Below are positions 39,755 through 50,825 of a stretch of DNA of 64,000 nucleotides, piece after piece. Source of the DNA: Candidatus Bathyarchaeota archaeon (lineage in GTDB: Archaea; Thermoproteota; Bathyarchaeia; Bathyarchaeales; Bathycorpusculaceae). The notes below the pieces were generated by a model. The model searched no databases. It was given only the letters and a program-made list of their open reading frames with translations, and was not told the origin of the DNA. The translations under genes were made by a program, and so were the position numbers. The stretch covers positions 512,001 through 576,000 of the forward strand of contig OY970340.1 of assembly GCA_963717465.1 (NCBI GenBank). The letters are read 5' to 3'. The stretch's first letter is position 1, and every line of letters starts with the position of its first letter.

Positions 39755-42144
39755 ACACGAGCCTCATCTTTCGCGCAAAAAGACAAGTTGCTTTTTGAGG
39801 TAGTCATTGGCAGAAGCAAATGATGAGCAGCTTGTTGAAGTAAACAATGAGTTAAGTTTAGGTTTTAGCATTCACGAACTTAAAAACATTCAAGAGTATT
39901 TCAAGAAAGAGAACCGAAACGCCACAGACGTGGAGCTTCAAACCATCAGTCAAACTTGGTCAGAACACTGCTACCACAAAACCTTCAAGGGAAAAGTCAA
40001 AGTAGGCAACAAAGAAATTGATAGCCTCTTTAAAACTTACATTGCCAAGGCAACAAAAGAAATCAATCCGCATTGGTGCTTTAGTGTTTTTGAAGACAAT
40101 GCAGGAATAATCCGCTTTGACAAAGGCTTTGGAATAGCGGCAAAAGTTGAAACGCACAATCATCCCTCAGCTGTTGAACCTTTCGGTGGAGCAGCCACAG
40201 GCACAGGCGGCGTAATACGGGACATTCTTGGAGTATGGGCTGACCCAATCGCATGCACGGACGTGCTGGGTTTTGGACCTTTAGATTACGATTACCAAAA
40301 ACTGCCTGCAGGAATAAAACATCCTAAATACGTTTACAGGGGCGTTGTTTCAGGCATAGGCACTTATGGAAACAACATGGGCATTCCAACAGTTAACGGA
40401 GCAGTATATTTTGATGAGAGTTACACAGGGAACGTCATTGTTTACTGTGGATGCGTAGGACTTCTGCCGCTTGAAAAATACATTAAAAATGCGAAGCCAA
40501 ACCACATCGTTGTTTTAGCTGGTGGAAAAACAGGCAGAGACGGAATCCACGGCGTAACCTTCGCTTCAGCTGAATTAACAGAGAAATCAGAAGTAGTTTC
40601 TCGTCCTGCTGTGCAAATTGCGGATCCAATAGAGGAAGAAAAACTTAAACGTGCAATAATTGAGATTCGAGACCGTAGGATTAGGCTCTGCAACAACAGA
40701 TCTTGGCGGAGGAGGATTATCCTCAGCTCTTGGGGAAACAGCTGAAAAATACAATTGTGGAACAACCATTGACCTGGCGAAGATTCCGTTGAAGTATCAG
40801 GGTTTAGCACCTTGGGAAATTTACATTTCAGAATCTCAAGAAAGGATGCTGCTGACTGTTTCACCTGAAAACTTGGATGCTGTAATGGCGGTTTTCGAAA
40901 AAGAAGATGTACAAGCAACTGCAATAGGCACGTTGACAACTGAGCGCCGTTTAAAACTGAAATATCAGCAGCGAAGTTGTTGCGGATTTGGAAATGGATT
41001 TTCTTTTTAACCCAATTAAAACCACGAAAACCGCAGTAATCGAAAACGTCTGTTTCACTGAACCCGAATTTTCTGAGCCTACAAACTTAACTCAGACCCT
41101 ACTGCAATTGATTTCTGCTCCAAACATTGCCAGCAAAGAAAGCGTAATTCGCAGTTACGACCATGAAGTGAAGGGAAACACGTTACTTAAACCGTTGCAG
41201 GGCAAGTACGCTGGACCAAACGATGCAGCCGTGCTAAAACCACTTGACAGTTCATTGAAAGGCTTGGTTATTTCTTGCGGTATGAACCCGAATTACGGCA
41301 AAATCGACGCTTACTGGATGGCAGCTTCAGCCCTCGATGAGGCAGTGAGAAATAATGTTGCGGTTGGCGGCAGAAGAATTGCCTTGCTGGATAATTTCGT
41401 ATGGGGAAATCCTGAGAAACCAGAACGATTAGGCTCACTTGTAAGAGCCTGTGAAGCTTGTTATGATTTTGCCAAGATATTTAAGAACCCCCTTCATATC
41501 CGGCAAGGATAGCCTCTACAACGAATCCCCGCTTGGTCCAGTAACGCCAACATTACTGATAACAGCAATCGGTGTAATTCCGAACATTCAATCAACCGTT
41601 TCCATGGATCTGAAAGCACCTGGCAACGCACTCTACATAATAGGTGAAACATACAATGAGCTAGGCGGCTCCGAATACTACAAGCAAAAAGGCTTTCTCG
41701 GCGCAACAGTACCCAAAGGTACATGGTGGCAAAGCAAAAAAAACCTTTAAAGCGGTAACTAAAGCCATCGATTACGGCTTAATCAAGTCTTGCCATGACT
41801 TATCTGAAGGTGGATTAGCAGTTGCAGCTGCTGAGATGGCTTTTGCAGGCGGCTACGGATTAGAACTGGATTTAAAAAAGGTTCCAGGTAAGGGTTTTGA
41901 TAGAAATGATTTTGTTCTCTTTTCAGAATCAAACAGCCGTTTCCTGCTTGAAGTGGCAGAAAAGGAGAAAAAAGATTTTGAAGCCTTGATGAAAGGGAAA
42001 GTCTGCGTTCAAATCGGGAAAGTAACAAGAGAAGAAAAGCTTCTCATTCATGGGTTGGATGGATCGGTTGTCGTAGATGCTTCATTATCTAGCTTGATTG
42101 ATAGTTGGAAGAAAACATTAAGCAGCGAGGCGCAGCCAAGTTGA
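39751..42144 (+). CDS. purL: FGAM synthase subunit PurL; several frameshifts
   Basis: 'WSEHCYHK', '[20 protein letters not shown]', 'SESQERM', 'YDHEV', '[10 protein letters not shown]', 'HDLSEGG', 'LFSESNSRF' spread over consecutive frames. Confidence 0.93.
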
Positions 42145-42958
42145 AGCGGGAAGAAATTAAAATTTGCGTTCTACGAGTTGGAGGAACGAACTGTGACGCA
42201 GAAACCCAGCGGGCCATCCAAGAGTTTGGTGTGCAAGCCCAAGTTTTGCATGTTAACGAGTTAATAAAAAAGCCAAACCTTCTAGATTTTCATGCTTTGG
42301 TTTTTCCAGGCGGCTTCTCTTTCGGCGATTACGTGCGGTCAGGCGTGATTTTTGCCAGAATGCTTTCAGCAAAATTGGGAAAGGAAATGAACACTTTTGT
42401 CGATGAAGGCAGACCGATTCTGGGAATTTGCAACGGTTTTCAAATACTTGTTGAATACGGGTTACTTCCAGGCTTTGAAGGCATGAGCGATTACCCCGAA
42501 GCTTCGCTGGCCAAACAACCAGCCAAGGCTACAAATGCCAATGGATTCACCTTAGAAGCGAAAACAAGGGAAAATGCGTCTTTTCAAGCAAAATCCCAAC
42601 AGGCAAAATTCTACGAATGCCGATTGCACACGGTGAAGGGCGACTGCTGTTTCCAAAAGAGAAAGAAGAGAAAATGTTGGCTAAACTCATTGATGAGGAC
42701 ATGCTGGTGTTCCGTTACTGCGGTGAAAACGGTGAACCTGCAGAGGGGAAATACCCAATTAATCCAAACGGCTCATTCAGTGACATCGCTGGAATATGCA
42801 ATAAGGAAGGTAACATTTTCGGTTTGATGCCGCATCCTGAAAGAGCAATGTACTGGTGGCAACAACCCGACTGGACACGGCAAAAAAGAATGGCGCAGTT
42901 CGGTGATGGAAAACTGGTTTTTGAAAGTCTGATTGAAAATTTAGTGAAAAAGCCGTAA
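42141..42958 (+). CDS. purQ: FGAM synthase glutaminase subunit PurQ; frameshift near 42510-42620
   Basis: 'GTNCD', 'PGGFSFGD', 'LGICNGFQ', 'AHGEG', 'MPHPER'. Confidence 0.93.
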
Positions 42959-43853
42959 GTCTTCAGCTTTAGGCAAACCTTCGCGGGCTCCCATTTTCAT
43001 CACTGACCTTGAAGCAACAAAATTGCCCAGTCGCCCACATTCCTGCAGATTTTTCTCTTTAAGTAAACCATAGAGGAAGCCAGCGTTAAAGGCGTCACCA
43101 GCTCCGGTTGTATCAACAACCTTAACTTTGAATGACTCTATCATGAAGCGTTCATGCCCATCTGTAACGTAAGCAGCCATTGCTGCCAAGTTTAACGGCG
43201 ACAATTTTAACGCCTTTATCGATCATGAAGTCTGCACTTCTACTGTAGTCGTGTTCGCCCGTTAAAAGTTCAAGTTCAAACGCGTTTGGCAGCAGAAGAT
43301 AAGTCTTGTTTATAATCTCCTCTAAAGCCTCCATGCCTTTTCTCGCGTAAACTGCACCAGGGTCAAAACTTACTTTCACGCTATTGGGAAGGGCAGTAAG
43401 GAGTTTTTTTTGTGTTTGCATTGATTTTTCTCCGACAAAAGAGGTTAAATGGATAAACTTTGATTTGAAACCATAATCTTGGTTTATCTCTTCAAGGGAT
43501 ATCGTGTCGTTAACGCCTGAGTTAATGTACAGGGCTCTTGCACCTTTCTTGTCAACGAAGCCGAGCACTGAACCACTTTTTCCCGTGGCATGAATTATTC
43601 CGTTTGTGTTGACGCCTTCTTTTTCGAAGCCTTTGCAGAGAAATTCGCCTTCTCTATCGTCTCCGACTTTGCCTATGAAGCCTGCTTTGCAGCCAAGCCT
43701 TGCAAGTCCAACAATCGTGTTTGCTGCTGAGCCTCCGCATGCTTCAACGTAATCTTCAATGAAGCTTTCCTCTTCTGCTTTCGCGATACGGTTTACTTTG
43801 AAGAGCGTGTCAACGTTGAGTGCCCCAAAGCCTACAACATCAAAATTTGTCAT
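42941..43853 (-). CDS. PfkB/ribokinase-family sugar or nucleoside kinase (EhaT-like); one frameshift near 43180
   Basis: 'GALNVD', '[15 protein letters not shown]', 'GKVGDD', 'FDPG', 'PNAFE', '[12 protein letters not shown]'. Confidence 0.9.
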
Positions 43854-44761
43854 GGAAACAACTCACGCAATGATATTATGTAATCCCCCAGTTTACCGCC
43901 GTAATTGCCAGCAGAAACCTTGACAACTCCATCAACACCTAAAACAGCTTGAATACCTACTTTCGTAGCTTTTTTTACTGCATCCAAAGAAACTCCGTTT
44001 AACACTATCTCCGCAATGTAACCCACGCCTTTTGGAACTTGAGATTCACCAGCTAACCGTTCTCGGAGGCTGGGACAATACGGGTGATTAGTTGTAGGAC
44101 CTATCTGCGGGAAATGTGTTTCAGGCTTTGAGCCGGCAGAGCAAACATCAAAAGGAGTAACTACATCATTCACCTTGCGGATTGCCGCTAACGCTTTTTG
44201 AGAGGCTTTTTTGAAGGATTCTTTTGAAGTGCACATTATCCAAAAGTTGCCGCCCATAACGCCCCTTGCATACCCTAAGTATCGTTCAATGATGAAGTCT
44301 GGAACCATTAGTGGAACAACGATTACTTCTCTGCCATAACGGTTTTCAACCCATTCGTAACCGTCTCCGCAGTGGCCCACACGCTCCATCATATCCAGTT
44401 TTCCCTCAGGCGAAGGCAAAGCGTCAAAAACAGCGGTGAAAGGCTTGACAAGTATATCTTGACGAATTCGATAGGAGAGTTCAGCTTCAAACTTTTTCAG
44501 TGATTCAGCGAATGTTTTTTTTGGGTTTATTGCACCCCAGAACTGCACTAAGGCGCCTTTACGTTTATCAGGCGTTTCCTTTTCGCTTAGCCACCGTTCT
44601 ATTCCACCTTCAACTCTGCCGATAACAACCGATGGTGTTGCAGTTGAATCCTCAGCAGCCTGCCTAAGGGTCTGTTCATCATCCGCCGTTACAATAAACC
44701 TGCAATATATTCCAGCAAACGCCTCAGCATAAGTATCCTCAACTAAGGGTTTTTTAACCAT
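43850..44761 (-). CDS. ftr: formylmethanofuran:H4MPT formyltransferase-like protein (divergent Ftr, EhaS type)
   Basis: Intact 303-aa ORF: 'EDTYAEAF', 'ETPD', 'GDGYE', 'GGNF', 'TN..YCP.L', 'EIVLNG', '[10 protein letters not shown]'. Confidence 0.92.
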   Translation of the reverse strand: MVKKPLVEDTYAEAFAGIYCRFIVTADDEQTLRQAAEDSTATPSVVIGRVEGGIERWLSEKETPDKRKGALVQFWGAINPKKTFAESLKKFEAELSYRIRQDILVKPFTAVFDALPSPEGKLDMMERVGHCGDGYEWVENRYGREVIVVPLMVPDFIIERYLGYARGVMGGNFWIMCTSKESFKKASQKALAAIRKVNDVVTPFDVCSAGSKPETHFPQIGPTTNHPYCPSLRERLAGESQVPKGVGYIAEIVLNGVSLDAVKKATKVGIQAVLGVDGVVKVSAGNYGGKLGDYIISLRELFP

Positions 44762-45834
44762 TCATCCAAGCCTCCCAATTGCTACTCCGCGAACTTTCTT
44801 GCGAAATTCGCTGCTCTCTTTAACTAACGATTCCATATTTTGAGGAGTTACTATTTGAACTTTGGGAAAAACAGCCAATTCTTTCAGCAAAGTTTCACCT
44901 ATGCCTAAGCTGCTTGAGCAGTTTAGGAGACCATGATTTGATTGCATCCAACGTTTTGGCTTTTCCCAATTTACAGAAAATCTCCATGATAACAGCAGTC
45001 ACAAGGTTACTTTCAGATAAAACGGCGATTTGAGCGTTTTTTACTGCGTAACCGTTACCGTTAAAGGAAACCGTTAATCCATCATGACTCATTCACAAGT
45101 TTGAAGGCTTCAACATCAGTTATGCTGTCGCCAACATACAATACATCCTCTAATTTAGCTTCCAAGCGTTTTACTGCGTCTTGGATGGCTTCAGCTTTCT
45201 GCTGTCCACCAACAGTTGTCACCTCAGCAAAAATTCTTCCAACACTCATTCTTGGGATTTGCACCCAGAAAATCTCGTCAAGCCGCCTCAAGGTTTCTTG
45301 GTCTTTTTGGGAAAAGTCCTTGATGGATTTTGCTTCTTTGGGAATTTCGATTAGTGGCATTTGAGCAATTTCCAAAGCAATCATCTGCAAATCGTCGTTT
45401 CTTCTTCCGTTGTTGCTTGGTATTTGTTAAGGCAGAGTTTAGTGCAGTAAGTGTTCTTGTATGGAAACGTTAAAGCCTTACACAGAGGCTTTAGGTAATG
45501 CTCGTAACTTGTACTGACAATGAATGAGTCAGAAATCTCTTGAATATGACTCATGGTTTTTTTGCTGTCTGCAATCAAAACGATGTGTTCTGCAGAGAAA
45601 TCTTCCATCTGTTTATCGCTTACTTTGGTAAGCCTTGAAAAAGGGCAAAATCAACTTTAAAGTGCTGCCTGCAGTGTAACCTGGTTTTTGCAGTACATCT
45701 GCAAGTACATCATCATACTTGCTTATGTTAGTAAATAATTTTTCGCCTTCTGGAATAAAATGTGCTGCTAACTCGAATGCATTATCATTCTTGGATATTG
45801 GGCCTTCACAATCGGATACGAAGATGCGCTTCAC
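44762..45834 (-). CDS. HAD-like hydrolase (EhaR-like); about 4 frameshifts
   Basis: Starts at GTG 45834 with '[19 protein letters not shown]' (HAD motif I variant); also 'YDDVL', 'IVSTSYEHY' (motif II), 'VGGQQKA' (motif III), 'YVGDSITD' (motif IV), 'SFNGNGYAV', 'RKKVRG..IGRLG'. Confidence 0.8.
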
Positions 45835-45836
45835 GC

Positions 45837-47246
45837 TTAGCGCCTCAAATGCTCCATGTGGCTTACACTTTTTGCAATATGTGATTTTGAAGCTATGTCT
45901 GATCGGTTCCAAAGTGCGCCGCCAGTGATAGCTTTGGCGCCTTCTTGAGAGATTTGGCGTGCTTCCTCGATGGTTTTGCCTACGCCTAGAACGCCGACGG
46001 TTCTTGACTTCAGAGTCCAGTTCTTGCCATCGTTTGTTTCCATTGAGCCAGGGTAAATGCGGATTCTATCACCGTATTTACTTGTCAATGCGTAAGCTTT
46101 TGAGAGGTCAATTGGAGTATGTAACTGCTGATTTATCCACTTTGTCTGGATAAACTTCTTTATAGCCGCCGTAGTCTGATGGCACTTTGTAAGTTAACAC
46201 GGTTGCTGCATTCTCAACTTGCAGACTGGTCAGGTTGCCCTCAATCATTTTGAAGCAGACATCGACAAAATCATCCTTTATTATTGGCAGTATATTGATG
46301 ATTTCAGGGTCTCCTGGGCGACTGTTGTTTTCAAGAACTTTAATGCCTTTGCCAGTATGCATGAAGGCAAGATACAAGGGCACGCCGCGTAAAGCTGAAG
46401 CGTCCTTAATTTGCGATTGCCATCCATTAAAGATTTTTTAGCTAACTCAATTTCATGTTTTCGTTCTGCTTTAGTTAGGAAAGGCAACTTGCCATCTGCA
46501 TCTTTGTAGGAGCCCATTCCTCCAGTGTTTGGGCCCTTATCATCATCAAAAGCCCGTTTATAATCGCGAGTATCAGGTAACGGAATAAAGTGTTTTCCGT
46601 CGCAAAAAGCCATGAAGCTGGATTCTTCTCCATCTACTTTTTCCTCGATTATCACTGAGCCGTACTGGAAGTTTGATAGAGAAATACTCAAAAAGTTCTT
46701 CTCTTGTGGTAAAATGGTCGCCCCAAACGCCGACGCCTTTTCCTGCAGCAGGCTTATCAGGTTTCACTACTGCTTGGTTGTCCAGTTCATCAAGCCATTT
46801 ATAGACGTCTTTTTTGACTTCATCTTTGCCTTTGTAATCGTTTGGGTTGAAAATCTTGAAACGCGGGTTTGCTTCTGGCGCTATCTCTTGAAACAATAAA
46901 CGTTGCTTTACCTTGCTTTCTTCTATGGCGTATTCTTGCTTGGGACAAATTACAGGTATTCCAGTTTGCTTTTCGACGAGGTCTCTTATGCCGTCGATTA
47001 TTGGTTTTTCAGAACCAACTAGCGCAAAATCAATGTTGCCTTGTTTTCTTTTGCAAACTTGCAAATTTGAGCAACATCCAAGTTGGGGATAACAACATGT
47101 TTAACGGCTTTTTCAACGTTGAATGGGTTACGTTGTTTATCGGCAATGTACAAGTCTACTTTGTATTTTTGGCTTCTTGCAAGTGCATCAACCATGGCAG
47201 CTTCTCTTGACCCATAGGAAACAACTAACACGCCAATCTTTTCCAT
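45837..47246 (-). CDS. purD: phosphoribosylamine-glycine ligase (GAR synthetase); about 4 frameshifts
   Basis: 'GSREAA', 'IEESK', '[11 protein letters not shown]', 'IEEKVDGEE', '[18 protein letters not shown]', '[10 protein letters not shown]', 'RSDI'. Confidence 0.93.
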
Positions 47247-47289
47247 AAGAGACAACCTGTACCTGCATAGTTTAGCATGAACGCTTAAT

Positions 47290-48789
47290 TTACTTTGTCA
47301 CGGTTCGGGATTCGGGGGTTTCATCCATTTCGTAAATTCGTGTTTTTTCTTGGTAGCCGTTTTCGAATTTCTTTTTCATTTCATCAGCCATTTGCTGTGC
47401 GAGGGGTGTTGGGTACTTGCCAGTTATGCAAGCTAAGCATAATTGGTCGCGGGTTTTGCCTGTTGAACGTATTAGCGCCTCAATGGATTGGTAGCAAACG
47501 TTGTCTGCGCCTATAATTTTGGCAATTTCTTGAGCGTTATGTTTTGAACCGACGAGTTGTCCGTAAGTTGACATGTCAATTCCGTAGAAGCAGGGACCGA
47601 TTATTCTGGGAAAAGTCACGAAAACATGTACTTTCTTAGCGCCTGAACGACGCAGTTTATCAATTATAACTTTTGTTGTATCTCCACGAACGATGCTGTC
47701 TTCAGTTACTATTACACGTTTACCGTCAACTTTTGAACCTAAAATGTTAATTTTCTTATCAATCGTTAAGAAACGCTCATTGTTTAATAGTATGAAGGCT
47801 CGCTCAGTTACGTACCTGTGCCGCCTTGACGCTCGCTCCCATCGCAGTCCCGAGGCTTCATGTACCCCCATAGCGGGATCATCGCCGGTTTCAGGTATTG
47901 AAAGTATAATATCTCCATCTTTGGCAATTTCAGGATACTCTTTCACTATGTTTCGTCCGAAGTCTTCTCGGATTTCATACACATATTTTCCATTGAATTT
48001 TGAATCAGGTCTTGCAAAATATGCATATTCAAACGCGCAGAAAGCTTCTCGGGGATTCTTGATTAATTGTTCCCGTTTAAAGCCGTCTTTTGTAACTGTT
48101 ACAAGTTCACCAGGGTTAAGCTCGAAGTCTCGTACAAGACTATTCATGTCTAAACTTACTGTTTCAGAGGAAAAAGCAAAAGTTGCCCCGTCAAGTCCAT
48201 GTCCAGCACATAAGGGTTTTATTCCATGTGGATCTTTGAAGGCAAAGAATTCGCCTTCGCCTGTTATTCCAGTTACGGAGAATGCGCCGTCTAAGACTTC
48301 CATGCAGGATTGAACGGCAGATTTTAGGTCTTTTCCCTCTTTAAGCCCTAAGAGAAGTTTGTGGCAGAGTATGTCCGAATCGCATGTGTAATTAAAGTCT
48401 GGGAAGTTTTGGTCCATTTCTTTTTTTAATGGCGCAGTATTAACTATGTTGCCGTTGAATGATAACGCGATTTTTATTTTACCTTCTGAGGCTGTAACTG
48501 GCTGAGTCCCTTTAATCAGGGAGGATTCATCGCATTTACCTGACGTTGTGTATCGAACATTGCCGATGCCTATGGATCCTGGCAAGCGCCCGAACCATTC
48601 ATTTATTGCACTGGTTTTTATTTTTGGAACTAAATCGAGGTTTTTGTAAATGTAAAATTGCTTGTTGTTGTATGTTAGAAAGCCGTGTGATTGGTGACCT
48701 CTGTGATTTTGGGCTCTTAGCCCCCAATAAACGTATGGAAAAACAGGTATGTTTTCGAAGTTTATTGCACCAAAGATACCGCAGCCTAT
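47290..48789 (-). CDS. purF: amidophosphoribosyltransferase; no canonical start codon before the catalytic Cys
   Basis: The frame extends 66 codons upstream of the ORF-track start to 'CGIFG...QNHRG'. Also 'FNGNIVN', 'CAFEYAYFARPDS', 'EDSIVRGDT', 'PCFYGID', 'CLACITGKYP'. Confidence 0.95.
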   Translation of the reverse strand: MGCGIFGAINFENIPVFPYVYWGLRAQNHRGHQSHGFLTYNNKQFYIYKNLDLVPKIKTSAINEWFGRLPGSIGIGNVRYTTSGKCDESSLIKGTQPVTASEGKIKIALSFNGNIVNTAPLKKEMDQNFPDFNYTCDSDILCHKLLLGLKEGKDLKSAVQSCMEVLDGAFSVTGITGEGEFFAFKDPHGIKPLCAGHGLDGATFAFSSETVSLDMNSLVRDFELNPGELVTVTKDGFKREQLIKNPREAFCAFEYAYFARPDSKFNGKYVYEIREDFGRNIVKEYPEIAKDGDIILSIPETGDDPAMGVHEASGLRWERASRRHRYVTERAFILLNNERFLTIDKKINILGSKVDGKRVIVTEDSIVRGDTTKVIIDKLRRSGAKKVHVFVTFPRIIGPCFYGIDMSTYGQLVGSKHNAQEIAKIIGADNVCYQSIEALIRSTGKTRDQLCLACITGKYPTPLAQQMADEMKKKFENGYQEKTRIYEMDETPESRTVTK

Positions 48790-49295
48790 TTTTTGATCCC
48801 TTCTCCTTCGTATAATAGAATGTGGAGATAATTGAAAAGGGGTTTATTAGCTTTTAGTACATATTTGGATAAAAAGCATGAGCATTTTTTACATAAGATA
48901 ATTGAAACTCTTTTTTGATGGGATGAAGGGATTGTTTGTAGGTGTTTTAGACGTACAATATTAAATTTGCGAAAACACTATTAGTAATAAACGTTGAAAA
49001 ATTGCCTGTGTAAACGTTTGTTGTTGCATGGGTCAAGATTGTTTTGTGTCTTGAGTCTTAATATAGATTTTTGAGTTAGACTGTTATTTTTTAGGTTTAA
49101 GCAGTAAAGAGAATATTGAATCATGCGACAGAAGATATTTATAAAGAGTCACCCCTTTCATGTTGCAAAGATGAGTCGGCGAAAAACTATGTTACCCAAA
49201 AAAATAATCAAACAAGAACAAGTCAATAAGACTGTACAATTCCAAAGCCAACAGACTCATCACAAACCTCATGCACTAGGAGGTGAAATGATACA

Positions 49296-49890
49296 ATGAA
49301 CTACAATAACATGCACAAATTGCTAAAGAACCGCGTAGCACTCAGCCACTGTCGTAACCACACTTATCATCCTAGTCATTGCAGTCCTGCTCGCCAGCGT
49401 AGTCACATACTTCGCTATCAACGTAGTCAGCACAAGAGTTCAAGAAGAAAGCTTAGCTCTAACAAAACAACACGTTTGGTACAACGCAACTGATGGATCC
49501 ACCCAAGCAGCCTTATTGATAATTAACACTGGCGGTAGAGACGTAGTCATACAGAAGTTTGCCGTCCGAGGACAAAACGTAAACTGGGCCAATGTTACCT
49601 ATGCCACCACGACAGAGTCAATAGCCGCTGACCTATTATGCAACTGCAGCTCACAAGATGGTCAAGGCATACAAGCAGGTTCCTTCACAATAGGAACAAC
49701 AGATCCAGCAAATGTAACAATGTATACGGCTGCTGATTCACTAACACTGCGATCAGGTTACACAATGGTACTCTACATTAACGGCCCAGACAGCATCACA
49801 ATCAACGACGTAGGCTTAACCGTAAGCATAACCCTCAACACAGCCCAAGCAATGTACTACGTGGAAAGTAACGTACAAGCAATAAATTAA
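49296..49890 (+). CDS. type IV pilin-like protein (probable major pilin); +1 frameshift near 49347
   Basis: GGAGGTGA at 49279-49286. Removing one C gives 'KNRVA|LSTVVTTLIILVIAVLLASVVTYFAINV', a paralog of 50052..50609. Confidence 0.8.
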
Positions 49891-50051
49891 AAGCAGCAAA
49901 CAGCGCAAATTAAGAAACAATAAATGATACAAAGCAAGATCACCCAAGTTTTTTTCATTTTTTTCTTCTATCAAAAAAGTATGTAACTTTATTCTACGCA
50001 CAAATTTACATATCAAAAATTTGAGTTAATTGATTTTTCAAGTGAATAAAA

Positions 50052-50609
50052 ATGAGAAATATACTAAGAAATCGTTTGGCTTTAAGTACAGTCGTAACAA
50101 CTTTGATTATCCTTGTCGTTTCAGTGCTACTCGCAGGAGTCGTAACCTACTTTGCAATCAACGTAACCAGCACCAGAGTGCAAGAAGAAAGTTTATCGCT
50201 TACTAAGCTTCACGTATGGTGTCCAGCAAACAGCTCTCTAAGCCCTCAAGCAGCATTCTTGATAATTAACACTGGCGGACGCGACGTAGTCATACAAAAA
50301 ATGACGGTCAGAGGACAAGCAGCCGATTGGACTAACGTCTTCTACAACACTACAGGTTCATCGGTGACAAGTGACTTCACATACGTTAATTCTGTAGCAG
50401 CCAGCTCCTCAGTCAACATAACCGCTTCAAGCACTGTTACATTATCTGCAGCTACAGGCGAGTTAACTTTGGATTCAGGTAAAAGCATGGTTGTCTTCAT
50501 TTCCAGTCCAGACAGCATCACCATCAACGACATCGGCCTGACTGTTGGTATAACAGTCTTCACCTCGCAAGCAATGTACTATCAAGAAGCCAACGTACAA
50601 GCAGCTTAA
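50052..50609 (+). CDS. type IV pilin-like protein
   Basis: Basic leader 'MRNILRNRLA' followed by the hydrophobic helix 'LSTVVTTLIILVVSVLLAGVV'. Confidence 0.85.
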   Translation: MRNILRNRLALSTVVTTLIILVVSVLLAGVVTYFAINVTSTRVQEESLSLTKLHVWCPANSSLSPQAAFLIINTGGRDVVIQKMTVRGQAADWTNVFYNTTGSSVTSDFTYVNSVAASSSVNITASSTVTLSAATGELTLDSGKSMVVFISSPDSITINDIGLTVGITVFTSQAMYYQEANVQAA

Positions 50610-50825
50610 ACAAAATCTTCATAACAACCCCCACATCCTTTCTTTTTTTGTTATATTTTAAAACTTGTAAATTCTACAAAAATAAAATTAACAATTCAGA
50701 AATTTTTTCTAAAAAATGAAGCCAGCATAAAGATTTTCAATAACTATCTGTAATTTTTTTTACGCACAAACGCTTAATCCACTTTTTTAAAGAAAGACTA
50801 CGTAAGGCAATAGGAAGATACTAAT

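Noticed and set aside
43850..44761. ftr as a marker of methanogenesis or the Wood-Ljungdahl methyl branch
   Set aside because: The motifs are divergent, there are no fwd/mch/mtd/mer neighbours, and the gene is coupled to purD; this copy alone cannot support that claim.
39751..47246. Programmed frameshifting or stop-codon recoding (Sec/Pyl) in the pur genes
   Set aside because: The breaks are numerous, change frame rather than read through, and share no slippery motif; sequencing indels explain them better.
47693..48313. Long antisense ORFs (this one, 7170..7598, 20944..21372, 40442..40939 and similar)
   Set aside because: They are shadows of well-supported genes on the opposite strand.
49288..49299. 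Three-codon uORF (MIQ*) overlapping the pilin start
   Set aside because: Its ATG is only 1 nt from the SD, while the pilin ATG has normal 9-nt spacing; probably chance.
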